A stretch of 64,000 nt of DNA, taken from the NCBI GenBank assembly GCA_002269645.1, contig NIVC01000240.1, positions 186,001-250,000 on the forward strand, read 5' to 3'. The DNA is from Macrostomum lignano. Its lineage: Eukaryota. The position numbers and the translations under genes were made by a program. The notes below the pieces were generated by a model that had not been told where the DNA came from, did no database searches, and saw nothing but the letters and a program-made list of their open reading frames with translations. Of the stretch, positions 11,999 through 25,809 are shown in pieces (within the stretch, counting starts at the first letter, position 1; each line of letters opens with the position of its first letter).

Positions 11999-12956
11999 CA
12001 TAGGATCCGACCTTTGAAACTTCACAATAGCAATCCGGCCCGCTCAAGGTTGCTGTCTCTTCTTCCCCATTTCTCTCCCTCTCCTCTCTCTTCTTTCCCT
12101 TCTTTTCTTTTCTTATCTTCCATCGTTTGTCTCTCATCTCTATCTACGATTTCCCTCTCATTTCCTCTCTCATCTGGCCCGCAGCCATGAACTGGATTCT
12201 TTATCTAGCCCTTGAGGTAAAAAAGTTTGCCGACTCCTGGCCTAGGCCCAAAATCAGGGGGAGAAAAGGTTAAAACTATCTGTCATGTTTACTGTGGCAA
12301 TAATAATTACTAGATAATATGCAGCGCAAACAATGTATAGTGCCATTTATAAGCTTAGCTCTCGCAAAGTCAAATAGCTCTATCAATAAATAGTTGTGAA
12401 GCTTGGACCGCAACAACAGCAGAATTACAAAGTGGATATAAGAAGTATTTGATAAAATCTGAAATTCTCCCACTCGATATATAATGGAATTGTTAACACC
12501 AAAAAATACAACAAAGTTCTGGGGAAAAAACGCAACAGAAAAAGCTGGAAAAATGCGCCGAGTGGAAGAACGCAAAATATAGATCAATATATACGGCTTG
12601 GAATAAAAGCGCTATTAATGCGACAGGTGAGAGCAGTTAATGAGCCTATTCGAATGAATAAGTACAGGCTTAAACTATCAATACAACAGGTGAGTAAATC
12701 TATATGATGGAGATGCGCATTGTAATATCAAAAAATGCCGTTAAATAGGATAATGCCGCAATAAGATAAAGGCTCTAAATTACATTTAATTTGTAAACCA
12801 AAACCAGACATGGCAATGATGAAGCATTACTACCGAGCTAATTAAGACAGGAAAGCACACACAGTTTCAATACGGAGCATTTAGGAAATAATTGTTACGG
12901 TTTTGACTTAGATTAAAACAATACGAAAAGCTCTTCCAGTGTTTCTAATGTTTAGC

Positions 12957-13225
12957 TAAGCTATCTGATTGGCTAAGCTATCTGATTGGCTAAGCTATCT
13001 GATTGGCTAAGCTATCTGATTGGCTAAGCTATCTGATTGGCTAAGCTATCTGATTGGCTAAGCTGTCTGATTGGCTAAACTATCTGATTGGCTGACCACT
13101 CTGATTGGCTAAGTTATCTAATTGGCTAAGCTATCTGATTGGCTGACTACTCTGATTGGCTAAGCTATCTGATTGGCTGAGCTATCTGATTGGTGGAGCA
13201 TAGTTGGCTAAGATACCTGATTGAC
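12957..13225. repeat. 17-bp CCAAT-box array (CTATCTGATTGGCTAAG)n
   Basis: 14 ATTGG-containing units, same family as 11911-11998. Confidence 0.95.
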
Positions 13226-13286
13226 TCATCAATATGATTGCTAAACTATTTGCCGATTGCACTCAATAAACGATTCCGAGGCAGCT

Positions 13287-16200
13287 TCAGTTCTCCGAGC
13301 GGCCCTGCATTCGAATCTCTGCCGTGGCGCCCCTGCCCTCGCCATCGACGCTGTCGGCCCTGAAAGCCACAATGTCCGGGTCTGCCTCCGCCAAGCCCTG
13401 CGGCATCGCGCGACCGCGTGTTTCAATCGGCAGCAGTAGGGCTAGGACGGCGCAGGCCACGGCAACGGTCACGTAGACGCAGAACGCTAGCAGGACGCTG
13501 ACGTCCGGCATCAGCACCTGCGCTACAAATGGAGTCGACATCGAGCCGAGTCGAGCTATCGAGGAGCAGACGCCAAGGCCAACACTGCGCACTACGGTTG
13601 GGTACACCTGGCGGAGAGATTGAGCAGGTGCGAACTGGATTGGACTTTTTAGTAGGCATCATAGATGGCAGTTTCCAATCATCACCCGCAGACACGGCAG
13701 TTTCCGATCATCACCCGCAGACATGGCAGTTTCCATTCGTCAGGCAGTCACAGACACGGCAGTTTCCATTCGTCAGGCAGCCATAGACACGGCAGTTTCC
13801 ATTCGTCAGGCAGTCACAGACACGGCAGTTTCCATTCGTCAGGCAGTCACAGACAGCAGTTTCCATTCGTCAGGCAGTCACAGACAGCAGTTTCCATTCG
13901 TCAGGCAGTCACAGACAGCAGTTTCCATTCGTCAGGCAGTCACAGACAGCAGTTTCCATTCGTCAGGCAGTCACAGACAGCAGTTTCCATTCGTCAGGCA
14001 GCCATAGACACGGCAGTTTCCATTCGTCAGGCAGTCACAGACAGCAGTTTCCATTCGTCAGGCAGCCATAGACACGGCAGTTTCCATTCGTCAGGCAGTC
14101 ACAGACAGCAGTTTCCATTCGTCAGGCAGTCACAGACAGCAGTTTCCATTCGTCAGGCAGTCACAGACAGCAGTTTCCATTCGTCAGGCAGTCACACAGA
14201 CACAGCAGTTTCCATCCGTAAGGCAGTCACAGACAGCAGAAAACAGTGAAAACGCACCTCCACAGTATAAATATAGATGGTATTGAATATGCCAGCCGCA
14301 TGCGCCCGAATCATGAACAGAAAAGCTGTAGTGACAGCCTTGGGCACGCAGATATAGGTGAGCCCAAAGAACACGCTGGTGAGTCCATAATTAATAGCCA
14401 TAGTCCAACGCCTGCCCAGGGCGTCAATCGTGATCAGATTAAACGGTATGATGACGAACTCGCCAAACGAAGATATTAGCATGGCCTTATAATCGTCCGG
14501 CTGCAGACTCCGACAGCAGGACTCGTCAGTGACAATCTCCGTGGTGTTGTGACCTACGGTGACCTCGGAGCTACCGTAGCAGTCGCTATGAAAGTGAAAG
14601 ATCTCTGTGCTAATCAGCACGATGCCATAGTACAGGAAGGCAACGCCGAACCACATGAAGAACAGGGTGAGCGTGGTGCGCCTGTAGTTGGGGTGGAACA
14701 GCGACAGCAGGGTGCCCCGGTCAGCCTGAAACCGCGGGCGCAGAGGCACAATGAAAGATTGTCGCTTGCTAGATGGATATTTTTTAAATCGTTTTTTTTA
14801 TAAAAGATCTAAATTCAGATAGTTAATGACAGTTCACTTAGTCTGAGAACTTTCTTAATTTGTCGGGAAACTCTCTTATGCAACCCTCTTAGTCTGGCAA
14901 CCTTCTCAATTAGACAACCCACTTGGTTAGGCAACCCTCTCAATTAGGCAACCCACTTGGTTAGGCAACCCTCTCAATTAGGCAACCCACTTGGTTAGGC
15001 AACCCTCTCAATTAGGCAACCCACTTGGTTAGACAACCCTCTCAATTAGGCAACCCACTTGGTTAGACAACCCTCTCAATTAGGCAATCCACTTGGTTAG
15101 GCAACCCTCTCAATTAGGCAACCCACTTGGTTAGACAACCTTCTCAATTAGACAACCCACTTGGTTAGGCAACCCTCTCAATTAGGCAACCCACTTGGTT
15201 AGACAACCCTCTCAATTAGGCAATCCACTTGGTTAGGCAACCCTCTCAATTAGGCAACCCACTTGGTTAGACAACCCTCTCAATTAGACAACCCACTTGG
15301 TTAGGCAACCCTCTCAATTAGGCAACCCACTTGGTTAGGCAACCTTCTCAATTAGACAACCCACTTGGTTAGGCAACCCTCTCAATTAGGCAACCCACTT
15401 GGTTAGACAACCCTCTCAATTAGGCAATCCACTTGGTTAGGCAACCCTCTCAATTAGGCAACCCACTTGGTTAGACAACCCTCTCAATTAGGCAATCCAC
15501 TTGATTAGGCAACCTTCTCAATTAGGCAAACCACTTGGTTAGGCAACCCACTTAGTTAGACAACCTTCTCAATTAGGCAATCCACTTAGCTAGACAACCT
15601 TCTTAGTTAGGCAACTTCTCAATTAGACAACCCACTTAGTTAGACAACCTTCTTAGTTAAGCAACCTTTTCAATTAGACAACCTTCTTAGTTGGGCAACC
15701 CTCTTAGTTAGGCAACCCTCTTAGTTAGGCAACCTCTCAATTAGACAACCCACTTAGTTAGACAACCTTCTTAGTTAAGCAACCTTTTCAATTAGACAAC
15801 CTTCTTAGTTGGGCAACCCTCTTAGTAGGGAACCCTCTTAGTTAGGCAACCCTCTCAATTAGACAACCCACTTAGTTAGGCAACCCTCTTAGTTAGGCAA
15901 CCCTCTCAATTAGACAACCCACTTAGTTAGACAACCTTCTTAGTTAAGCAACCTCTCAATTAGACAACCCACTTAGTTAGACAACCTTCTTAGTTAAGCA
16001 ACCTCTCAATTAGACAACCCACTTAGTTAGACAACCTTCTTAGTTAAGCAACCTTTTCAATTAGACAACCCACTTAGTTGGGCAACCCTCTTAGTTAGGC
16101 AACCCTCTTAGTTAGGCAACCCTCTCAATTAGACTGATCTAGAGACCCACGAAAATGTCAGTTTTCAGCAAAAAAATTCTCACCTCCGTGACGCTGGCGG

Positions 16201-19200
16201 CCACAGGCCGGCCAGTCATTGGCGGCTTTCGATTGTCTCTGGCAATCTGGTCGATGACAGCGGCCGCCTTCTTAGGCTGCCCGGAAGCCAGCAGGTATCG
16301 GGCAGATTCAGGCAGGAACTAAACAGCAATGAGCCAATGAGATAGTAGCATTTTACAGTTCTTCTATTTAAAGAGGAGATTCTCCAAGGTTGTTGGGGAA
16401 ATTCACCAAGGTTATTGGGAGACTCCCCAAGGTTATTGGGGAGATTCCCCAAGGTATTGGGGAGATTCCCCGAGGTTATTGGGGAGATTTCCCAAGGTTA
16501 TTGTGGAGATTTTAAAAGGTTATTGGGGAGATTCCTTAAGGTTATTGGGGAGATTCCTCAAGGTTATTGGGGAGATTTCCCAAGGTTATTGTGGAGATTT
16601 TAAAAGGTTATTGGGGAGATTCCTTAAGGTTATTGGGGAGATTCCTCAAGGTTATTGGGGAGATTTTACAAGGTTATTGCGGAGATTCACCAAGGTTATT
16701 GTGGAGAGTCTCAATGTAGATTGTAGGGGCGATTCCTGATGGAGGAGATTGTAGGGATAGTTCTTGATGGAGGAGACTGTAGTGATAGTTCTTGATGGAG
16801 GAGATTGTAGGGATAGTTCTTGATGGAGGAGACTGTAGGGATAATTCTTGATGGAGGAGATTGTAGGGATGATAGTTGATGGAGGTGATTGCAGAGGCGA
16901 TAACACAGAACTCACCCCCAGAGCCAGCATGAAGATGAAGAGCGGCAGGGCAGAGAAGGCAGTCAGGTAGCGCCATCCCAGGTTAGGCAACACCATGTAG
17001 GCCAGAAGAACTTCAAACGAACTTCCCAATCCCCAGAACACATTGTAGGCTATGAGCACTTTGGCCCTGTAGGTCTGAGGCAGGTACTCGGACAGCAGCG
17101 TGAAGGATGAGGTGGCGCCGCTGATGCAGAATCCAACCATGCCGCGGAGCGACACCAGCCAGAAAAAGCTTGGCGAGAATGAGCATAGCAGGCCGAAATA
17201 GGCGATGAGGCTCAGGCTCAGGCCGAACACGCCTCTCCGGCCGTGCTTGTCCGACACGGCGCCCCAGGCGGGCGCGCCGCCGAACATGCCGGCAAACACC
17301 ACCGTGGTGATGATGGCCACCTGGGCGGAGCTGAGCTGCCAGTCGCAGCGAAGTGCCGGGCCCAGTACAGAGAGAAGCAGCATCTCCATGGCGTCCGCGG
17401 CCTGCGCGGAGCGGGAATAGCATGCGGACAGTGTGTCTGGGCTCTGTCTGGGTTCTGTAGCTCTACAGACTGTTGGTGTCTGGTTTCTGTAGCTCTACAG
17501 ACTGTCTGTCTGTGTCTAGGTTATGTAGCTCTACAGACTGTCTGTCTGTATCTGGGTTCTGTAGCTCTACAGATTGTCTGTCTGTATCTGGGTTCTGTAG
17601 CTCTACAGATTGTCTGTCTGTATCTGGGTTCTGTAGCTCTACAGATTGTCTGTGTCTGGGTTCTGTAGCTCTACAGATTGTCTGTCTGTATCTGGGTTCT
17701 GTAGCTCTACAGACTGTCTGTCTGTGTCTGGGTTCTTCAGCTCTACAGACTGTCTGTGTCTGGGTTCTTCAGCTCTACAGACTGTCTGTGTCTGGGTTCT
17801 GTACCTCTACAGACTGTCTGTGTCTGGCTTTTATATCTGTATCTACAAAATTTGTATCTGAAGGCTGTAGCTCAAAGCACAGCGCGTTAAACATTTTGCC
17901 TTAGAATATAAGTAACTAGAAACACTGGCTACACAAATTGCATCACTATGAAGATTTCTTGCAAACTCGCAACACATGACAGTTATTTAACAACTAATAC
18001 GACGCAGCAAGCGAGGTCGACTAGGAATTTGAGCCAAGAACTTTTAAAAAATATCGCGAGACTTTCATACCCAGTAGAAGAAGCGAACGGTCTGTGCGTG
18101 AACTGCAACAATTCAGAAAAAAAGTGAGTCCTGTAAGGAGAGCTACTTTTGCAGTTTGAGCAGCTGGTCGGTGTAGCTACATAGGAAATTCTTTCTGCTC
18201 TCTTGCTAGACTGTGTGGGCGGGATTTCGCTAACTATATTGATTTTTCAACGAAGCTCTCACCGTCATGATGCCGCAAATGAACAGAATCCGTAGCTGGA
18301 ACCGACCAAATCCCAGCTTCTCAACTGCCTGCTCCACCGTGTAGGTCTCCTCGCCGTCGCCGATGCCATCAAAATCTGAGCTAGCCGAGGCCGTCGCCTT
18401 ACTGTCGGCTCCGCTGCCGATGTCTCGATCGGCGGCATCACTCAGCAGGCCGCGGGCATCTGCGGGATGGCGACGGAAATCAGTCGGGAGTGTCAGAAAC
18501 TGTCTCCGGATTAAGATAGTGTGAAACAGGCCTGGGGCATGCGGGGTCCAGAGGGGCAGGGTGGGGTTCAGAGGGGCAGGGTGGGGTTGAGAGGGTCAAG
18601 TTGGGGTTGAGAGGGGCAAGGTGGGGTTGAGAGGGGCAGGGTGGGGTTCAGAGGGGCAGGGTGGGGTTCAGAGGGGCAAGGTGGGGTTCAGAGGGGCAGG
18701 GTGGGGTTGAGAGGGTCAAGTTGGGGTTGAGAGGGGCAAGGTGGGGTTGAGAGGGGCAGGGTGGGGTTCAGAGGGCAGGGTGGGGTTGAGAGGGCAGGGT
18801 GGAGTTGAGAGGGGCAAGGTGGGGTTGAGAGGGGCCGGGTGGGGTTCAGAGGGGCAAGGTGGGGTTCAGAGGGGCAGGGTGGGGTTGAGAGGGTCAAGTT
18901 GGGGTTGAGAGGGGCAAGGTGGGGTTGAGAGGGGCAGGGTGGGGTTCAGAGGGGCAGGGTGGGGTTGAGAGGGGCAGGGTGGAGTTGAGAGGGGCAAGGT
19001 GGGGTTGAGAGGGGCCGGGTGGGGTTCAGAGGGGCAGGGTGGGGTTCAGAGGGGCAAGGTGGGGTTGAGAGGGGCAGGGTGGGGTTGAGAGGGGCAGGGT
19101 GGGGTTGAGAGGGGCAGGGTGGGGTTCAGAGGGGCAGGGTGGGTTTCAGAGGGGCAGGGTGGGGTTCAGAGGGGCAGGGTGGGGTTGAGAGGGGCAGGGT

Positions 19201-22200
19201 GGGGTTGAGAGGGGCAGGGTGGGGTTCAGAGGGGCAGGGTGGGGTTGAGAGGGGCAGGGTGGGGTTGAGAGGGGCCGGGTGGGGTTCAGAGGGGCAGGGT
19301 GGGGTTCAGAGGGGCAGGGTGGGGTTCAGAGGGGCCGGGTGGGGTTCAGAGGGGCAAGGTGGGGTTGAGAGGGGCAAGGTGGGGTTGAGAGGGGCAGGGT
19401 GGGGTTCAGAGGGGCAAGGTGGGGTTGAGAGGGGCAGGGTGGGGTTCAGAGGGGCAGGGTGGGGTTGAGAGGGGCAGGGTGGGGTTCAGAGGGCAAGGTG
19501 GGGTTGAGAGGGGCAGGGTGGGGTTGAGAGGGGCAGTGTGGGGTTGAGAGGGGCAGTGTGGGGTTGAGAGGGGAAGGGTGGGGTTCAGAGGGGCAGGGTG
19601 GGGTTCAGAGGGGCAGGGTGGGGTTCAGAGGGGCAGGGTGGGGTTGAGAGGGGCAGGGTGGGGTTGAGAGAGGCAGGGTGGGGTTCAGAGGGGCAGGGTG
19701 GGGTTGAGAGGGGCAGGGTGGGGTTCAGAGGGGCAGGGTGGGGTTGAGAGGGGCAGGGTGGGGTTGAGAGAGGCAGGGTGGGGTTCAGAGGGGCAGGGTG
19801 GGGTTGAGAGGGGCAGGGTGGGGTTCAGAGGGGCAGGGTGGGGTTGAGAGGGGCAGGGTGGGGTTCAGAGGGGCAGGGTGGGGTTGAGAGGGGCAGGCAA
19901 AATTGGAATTAATTATTTCTGCTTGAAATAAAAAACCAGCTACCAAGTAAGCAAAACAAGCCAATAAAAAGCTGAACACCAGCATACTGGATAAAATTTC
20001 AAAATGGAATAACTAGAACACAGAAGCTCTGGTATAGAATTGAAATTAATAAATAGAATATTGCTGCATAATAAAGCAGCTGATAGTAACTATACAAATT
20101 GGCTTCTGCATAAAAACTTTGGCGGACTTAAAATACAAGCTTGATAATTATGAAAAACTAGCAATATTAATTATTACTATTGCTTGGCCTATGGTGCACA
20201 CTGCTGCCAATGGGATGAGAAGACTCCTCCAGAGAGCGATAGTTGCTGGGCTTCTGAGCTGACATGGCGGCTGCCGATCAGTTTAGATTGAGTATTAATT
20301 GCAGGAATTTTGACTTCAGGCAAAAGTTAATAGAGAGCAATGCTTGCTGCCCGTCTGCTCATGTGCATGCTATATCTAGTAGCTACAGAAACTATAAATA
20401 GAATAGGATTGGAGCCAATCGTTGCCATTGAAAAATCGAAGAGAATTTCGCTATAAACAATCCGGTTGACCAATTTTAATCTGGAGTAATCTAGAGTTTA
20501 TGCAGTTTTAGTTTAAAAAAAGCTACCAGTAGTAGCAGATCCTGAGACAGCTGGATGGATCTGGGAGACGGGAGAGAGACAGGTAGAGAGACTGGTAGAG
20601 AAATACAGGGAAGAGACAGGGGAGAGACAGCTAGAGAGACAGGAAGAGAGACAGATAGAGAGACAGGTAGAGACAGGGGGGAGACAGGGGAGAGACAGGA
20701 AGAGAGACAGGAAGAGAGACAGAGGAGAGAAAGATAGAGAGACAGGAAGAGAGACAGGGGAGAGACAGGAAGAGAGACAGGAAGAGAGACAGAGGAGAGA
20801 AGATAGAGAGACAGGAAGAGAGACAGGGGAGAGACAGATAGAGAGACAGATAGAGAGACAGGAAGAGAGACAGGGGAGAGACAGGTAGAGAGACAGGTAG
20901 AGAGACAGGGGAGAGACAGGGGAGAGACAGATAGAGAGATATAAAGAGAGACAGGAAGAGAGACAGATAGAGAGACAGGGGAGAGACAGGTAGAGAGACA
21001 GGTAGAGAGACAGGGGAGAGACAGGGGAAAGACAGGTAGAGAGACAGATAGAGAGACAGAAAGAGAGACAGGAAGAGAGACAGACAGAGAGACAGGTAGA
21101 GAGACAGGGGAGAGACAGGGGAGAGACAGATAGAAAGACAGGGGAGAGACAGATAGAGAGACAGGAAGAGAGACAGGGGAGAGACAGATAGAGAGACAGG
21201 TAGAGAGACAGGGGAGAGACAGGGGAGAGAGACAGGAAGAGAGACAGAGGAGAGAAGATAGAGAGACAGGAAGAGAGACAGGAAGAGAGACAGAGGAGAG
21301 AAGATAGAGAGACAGGAAGAGAGACAGGGGAGAGACAGATAGAGAGACAGATAGAGAGACAGGAAGAGAGACAGGGGAGAGACAGGTAGAGAGACAGAAA
21401 GAGAGACAGGAAGAGAGACAGGTAGAGAGACAGATAGAGAGACAGATAGAAAGACAGGGGAGAGACAGATAGAGAGACAGGAAGAGAGACAGGGGAGAGA
21501 CAGATAGAGAGACAGATAGAAAGACAGGGGAGAGACAGATAGAGAGACAGGAAGAGAGACAGGGGAGAGACAGATAGAGAGACAGATAGAAAGACAGGGG
21601 AGAGACAGATAGAGAGACAGGAAGAGAGACAGGGGAGAGACAGATAGAGAGACAGATAGAGAGACAGATAGAGAGACAGGAAGAGAGACAGGGGAGAGAC
21701 AGGAAGAGAGACAGGTAGAGAGACAGGTAGAGAGACAGGGAAGAGACTGAGACAGGTGAGCACAGAGAGCCAGTTAAGGAAATCGGCACAGCAACCATAA
21801 ACACGCCCATAGAGTAACAACAATTCTGAGTAAACAAAAAACACCGAAATAAGCAAAGCACAGCCTTCCTCAAATTGATAATTTTCCAAACAGCAAAAGT
21901 CATTACGAGCGTATAAATCAATTAGTTAGAGCCGAGACCTCTGCTCTTGCTGCAAAAAAGAAGAGATTGGCAAAAAACTGGAGAGTGACTACTCCGCATA
22001 AGCAAAGTACATTTTAGTTTTGGCAAACAACACTGCTTCTATGCCGACTCGGCATACTAGTAAAAATGATTTTTACCTACGAGTACTACACAATAAGAAG
22101 GCGGGTCGCACAGCGCGGGTGAGAGCTATTCTCCCTGAGTGCTTTCTTTCTCCCTTCTGTCAAACGGAAGCAAAAATATGTGCAGCTGTTGCCTGAGAGC

Positions 22201-23913
22201 TACAGTTCTGGCTGGCGGAACTAACCGAACGGATTTGTATGCTTTATCTAGCTGCCCCCAGAGCGCTTTGATGAGCTTAATACGCTCGTACTGTGCCAAG
22301 CAGCCAGTCAGCCAAACGCGAATCCTGTTTATAGGCTCAAATTTCCAATCTTGTTTATAGTTTTATTGCCTGGTTTCTGCTTCTTCAGCTGGAACCGCTA
22401 GCTACCCTCCAGACCCTCAGCTGGAACCGCTAGCTACCCTCCAGACCCTCAGCTGGAGCCGCTAGCTACCCTCCAGACCCTCAGCTGGAGCCGCTAGCTA
22501 TCCTCAAGACCCTTAGCTGGAAGCGCTAGCTACCCTCCAGACCCTCAGCGGGGAGCCGCTAGCCACCCTCCAGACTCTCAGCGGGGAGCCGCTAGCCACC
22601 CTCCAGACTCTCAGCGGGGAGCCGCTAGCCACCCTCCAGACTCTCAGCGGGGAGCCGCTAGCTACCCTCCAGACCCTCATGGTAGCCGCTAGCTACCCTC
22701 CAGACCCTCATGGGAGCCGTTAGCTACCCTCCAGACCCTCAGCTGGAGCCGCTAGCTACCCTCCAGACCCTCAGCGGGGAGCCGCTAGCCACCCTCCAGA
22801 CTCTCAGCGGGGAGCCGCTAGCCACCCTCCAGACTCTCAGCGGGGAGCCGCTAGCTACCCTCCAGACCCTCAGCGGGGAGCCGCTAGCCACCCTCCAGAC
22901 CGTCATGGTAGCCGCTAGCTACCCTCCAGACCCTCATGGGAGCCGTTAGCTACCCTCCAGACCCTCAGCTGGAGCCGCTAGCTACCCTCCAGACCCTTAG
23001 CTGGAAGCGCTAGCTACCCTCCAGACCCTTAGCTGGAAGCGCTAGCTACCCTCCAGACCCTTAGCTGGAAGCGCTAGCTACCCTCCAGACCCTCATGGGA
23101 GCCGTTAGCTACCCTCCAGACGCTCAGCTGGAGCCGCTAGCTACCCTCCAGACCTTCAGCTGGAACCGCTAGCTACCCTCCAGACCCTCAGCTGGAACAG
23201 ATAGCTACCCTCCAGACCCTCAGCTGGAGCCGCTAGCGATCCTCCAGACCCTCAGCTGGAACCGCTAGCTACCCTCCAGACCCTCAGCTGGAGCCGCTAG
23301 CTATCCTCCAGACCCTCAGCTAGAGCCGCTAGCTACCCTCCAGACCCTCATGGGAGCCGTTAGCCACCCTCCAGACCCTCAGCTGGAGCCGCTAGCTACC
23401 CTCCAGACCCTTAGCTGGAAGCGCTAGCTACCCTCCAGACCCTCAGCGGGGAGCCGCTAGCCACCCTCCAGACCCTCATGGAAGCCGCTAGCTACCCTCC
23501 AGACCCTCAGCGGGGAGCCGCTAGCTACGCACTACACCAAAGTCTATCCCCATCCGGTAAGTCAGCAACAGCAAAAAAGCAAAATAGCAGGCAGTCTAAT
23601 TGAACCACTAGTTCGCAAAAAAATGGATGAACATTTTGGATAGCAATTCGACACACACTTGGTCGTAAAAATCCTACTCTTGGCTGGCGCTGAAAATCAG
23701 GGTCGGCTGCAATTGATGGTATAGAAATTAATTGGTAGACAATCAATGGCACTATCTAAGAATGAATGTACAAGTAAGACCTTACTGGTAAGAGATACAA
23801 TTTACTGTTAACTCACCGTCCTCAGTAAGTATATCATCAAAACCATATCGAGCAGCAGATGAAGAACTCTGCGGTACTGAGCTGAAAAAGCTGCCGGCAC
23901 CGCTGTCTGTCAT
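13287..23913 (-). CDS. SVOP: SVOP / SV2-related major facilitator superfamily transporter; exons 23913-23817, 20270-20202, 18459-18263, 17401-16916, 16318-16184, 14725-14258, 13607-13287 (590 aa; 556 aa if started at ATG 20265)
   Basis: All GT-AG junctions are phase-compatible. Motifs: YTVEQAVEKLGFGRFQ, ADAMEMLLLSVLGPALRCDWQL, WGAVSDKHGRR, LPESARYL, IDALGRR, EVYPTVVRSVGLGVCSSIARLG, LLPIETRGRAM. The two 5'-most exons are less certain. Confidence 0.92.
13690..14235. repeat. 31-33-bp minisatellite (CAGTTTCCATTCGTCAGGCAGTCACAGACAG)n
   Basis: In the last SVOP intron, ending ~20 nt from the donor at 14257. Confidence 0.95.
14880..16135. repeat. 17-bp-based dimeric (34-bp) minisatellite AACCCTCTCAATTAGGC/AACCCACTTGGTTAGGC
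   Basis: About 74 monomers, with gradual variant drift along the array. Confidence 0.95.
16380..16895. repeat. Two adjacent minisatellites: ~21-bp (AAGGTTATTGGGGAGATTCCC) then ~28-bp (GATGGAGGAGATTGTAGGGATAGTTCTT)
   Basis: They fill the 597-nt SVOP intron almost up to the donor at 16915. Confidence 0.9.
17430..17830. repeat. ~32-36-bp minisatellite with internal CTGTAG-CT-CTACAG inverted repeat
   Basis: About 12 units, ~25 nt from the acceptor at 17402. Confidence 0.9.
18545..19895. repeat. 20-bp G-rich minisatellite (AGGGGCAGGGTGGGGTT(G/C)AG)n
   Basis: About 67 copies, three G-tracts per unit. Confidence 0.97.
20560..21760. repeat. ~12-bp purine-rich repeat (AGAGAGACAGGN)n
   Basis: Read directly; source of ORFs 20491-21921. 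Confidence 0.95.
22385..23525. repeat. 32/33-bp minisatellite (CCTCAGCTGGAGCCGCTAGCTACCCTCCAGAC)n
   Basis: About 35 copies with sub-variants. Confidence 0.95.
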
Positions 23914-24009
23914 GATAGCCCTCAGCGATACTAATTTGATTTGCTAATCTGCAATCTGTCACTGCGTAGTGGGCGCTCAGGAGTAGTGACGGCCTGTCTG
24001 CGGAAGTGA

Positions 24010-25115
24010 TTGAGTACTGTGGGGTATAGATCAAGTACTGTGGGGTATAGATCAAGTACTGTGGGGTATAGATCAAGTACTGTGGGGTATAGATCAAGTA
24101 CTGTGTGGTATAGATCAAGTACTGTGGGGTATAGATCAAGTACTGTGGGGTATAGATCAAGTACTGTGGGGTATAGATCAAGTACTGTGGGGTATAGATC
24201 AAGTACTGTGGGGTATAGATCAAGTACTGTGGGGTATAGATCAAGTAATGTGGGGTATAGATCAAGTAATGTGGGGTATAGATCAAGTAATGTGGGGTAT
24301 AGATCAAGTAATGTGGGGTATAGATCAAGTACTGTGGGGTATAGATCAAGTAATGTGGGGTATAGATCAAGTACTGTGTGGTATAGATCAAGTAATGTGG
24401 GGTATAGATCAAGTACTGTGGGGTATAGATCAAGTAATGTGGGGTATAGATCAAGTACTGTGGGGTATAGATCAAGTAATGTGGGGTATAGATCAAGTAA
24501 TGTGGGGTATAGATCAAGTACTGTGGGTATAGATCAAGTAATGTGGGGTATAGATCAAGTACTGTGGGGTATAGATCAAGTAATGTGGGGTATAGATCAA
24601 GTACTGTGTGGTATAGATCAAGTAATGTGGGGTATAGATCAAGTACTGTGGGGTATAGATCAAGTAATGTGGGGTATAGATCAAGTACTGTGGGGTATAG
24701 ATCAAGTAATGTGGGGTATAGATCAAGTAATGTGGGGTATAGATCAAGTAATGTGGGGTATAGATCAAGTAATGTGGGGTATAGATCAAGTAATGTGGGG
24801 TATAGATCAAGTACTGTGGGGTATAGATCAAGTAATGTGGGGTATAGATCAAGTACTGTGTGGTATAGATCAAGTAATGTGGGGTATAGATCAAGTACTG
24901 TGGGGTATAGATCAAGTAATGTGGGGTATAGATCAAGTACTGTGGGGTATAGATCAAGTAATGTGGGGTATAGATCAAGTAATGTGGGGTATAGATCAAG
25001 TAATGTGGGGTATAGATCAAGTAATGTGGGGTATAGATCAAGTAATGTGGGGTATAGATCAAGTACTGTGGGGTATAGATCAAGTACTGTGTGGTGCAGC
25101 TCAAGTACTGTGGGC
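24010..25115. repeat. 21-bp minisatellite (GTA(C/A)TGTGGGGTATAGATCAA)n
   Basis: About 52 copies, starting ~12 nt from the minus-strand acceptor at 23998. Confidence 0.97.
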
Positions 25116-25809
25116 TGCAGCTTCAATATTTCAGTAGTAGCTACTACTAACTGACTACTTTCAGTAGTCCCGAAAGCCTGAAAGTATCCTAATTTTACTT
25201 TACAATCTGATTGGGAAATAAAATAAATTTAAAGAAAAAGACAAAATTAGTTAGGCTAAAATCAAATGGAAATATTTATTAATTGTAAGTTATTATCGAT
25301 ATACAAATTTATGCTGCAATTTGACAGTCTGTAAAACTCAATTGCTAGTTAAGAAATTGCAAGTAAAAATGAAGTAGCTTATTAATAAAACCTGTTTGGC
25401 ATCGATATAATAATGTAAAAAAAGAATTGGAAACAGAAATTCGGTTCTGCTCTGCAATTGCAATGTGTTATTAGGCACTTGAAGACCGCGAGTCCAGTTA
25501 AATTTAACAAATCATAGTAAAATTGTGCGCAAGGCAATAAATTTGGTACATTATATAACAAAGTTACGTAAACTATAGCTTGAAAGATTTAGCGGCAAAA
25601 ATGATTATGACTTTCAAATTTATTGCATAGCACTAATTGATTAGTTCTAGAAGTTCTGCTTAAAGGCTAAAATACTCTGTATATTATACGATACGGTGAA
25701 TGCTTCGGTCAAGGTCAAGTTCTCGCTCATTTTGAGCGGTGGTCGATTTTAAATAACGATGGCCGATACATACAGGAGCGAATGAAAGACCAGTAGGGGC
25801 GCACTACTT

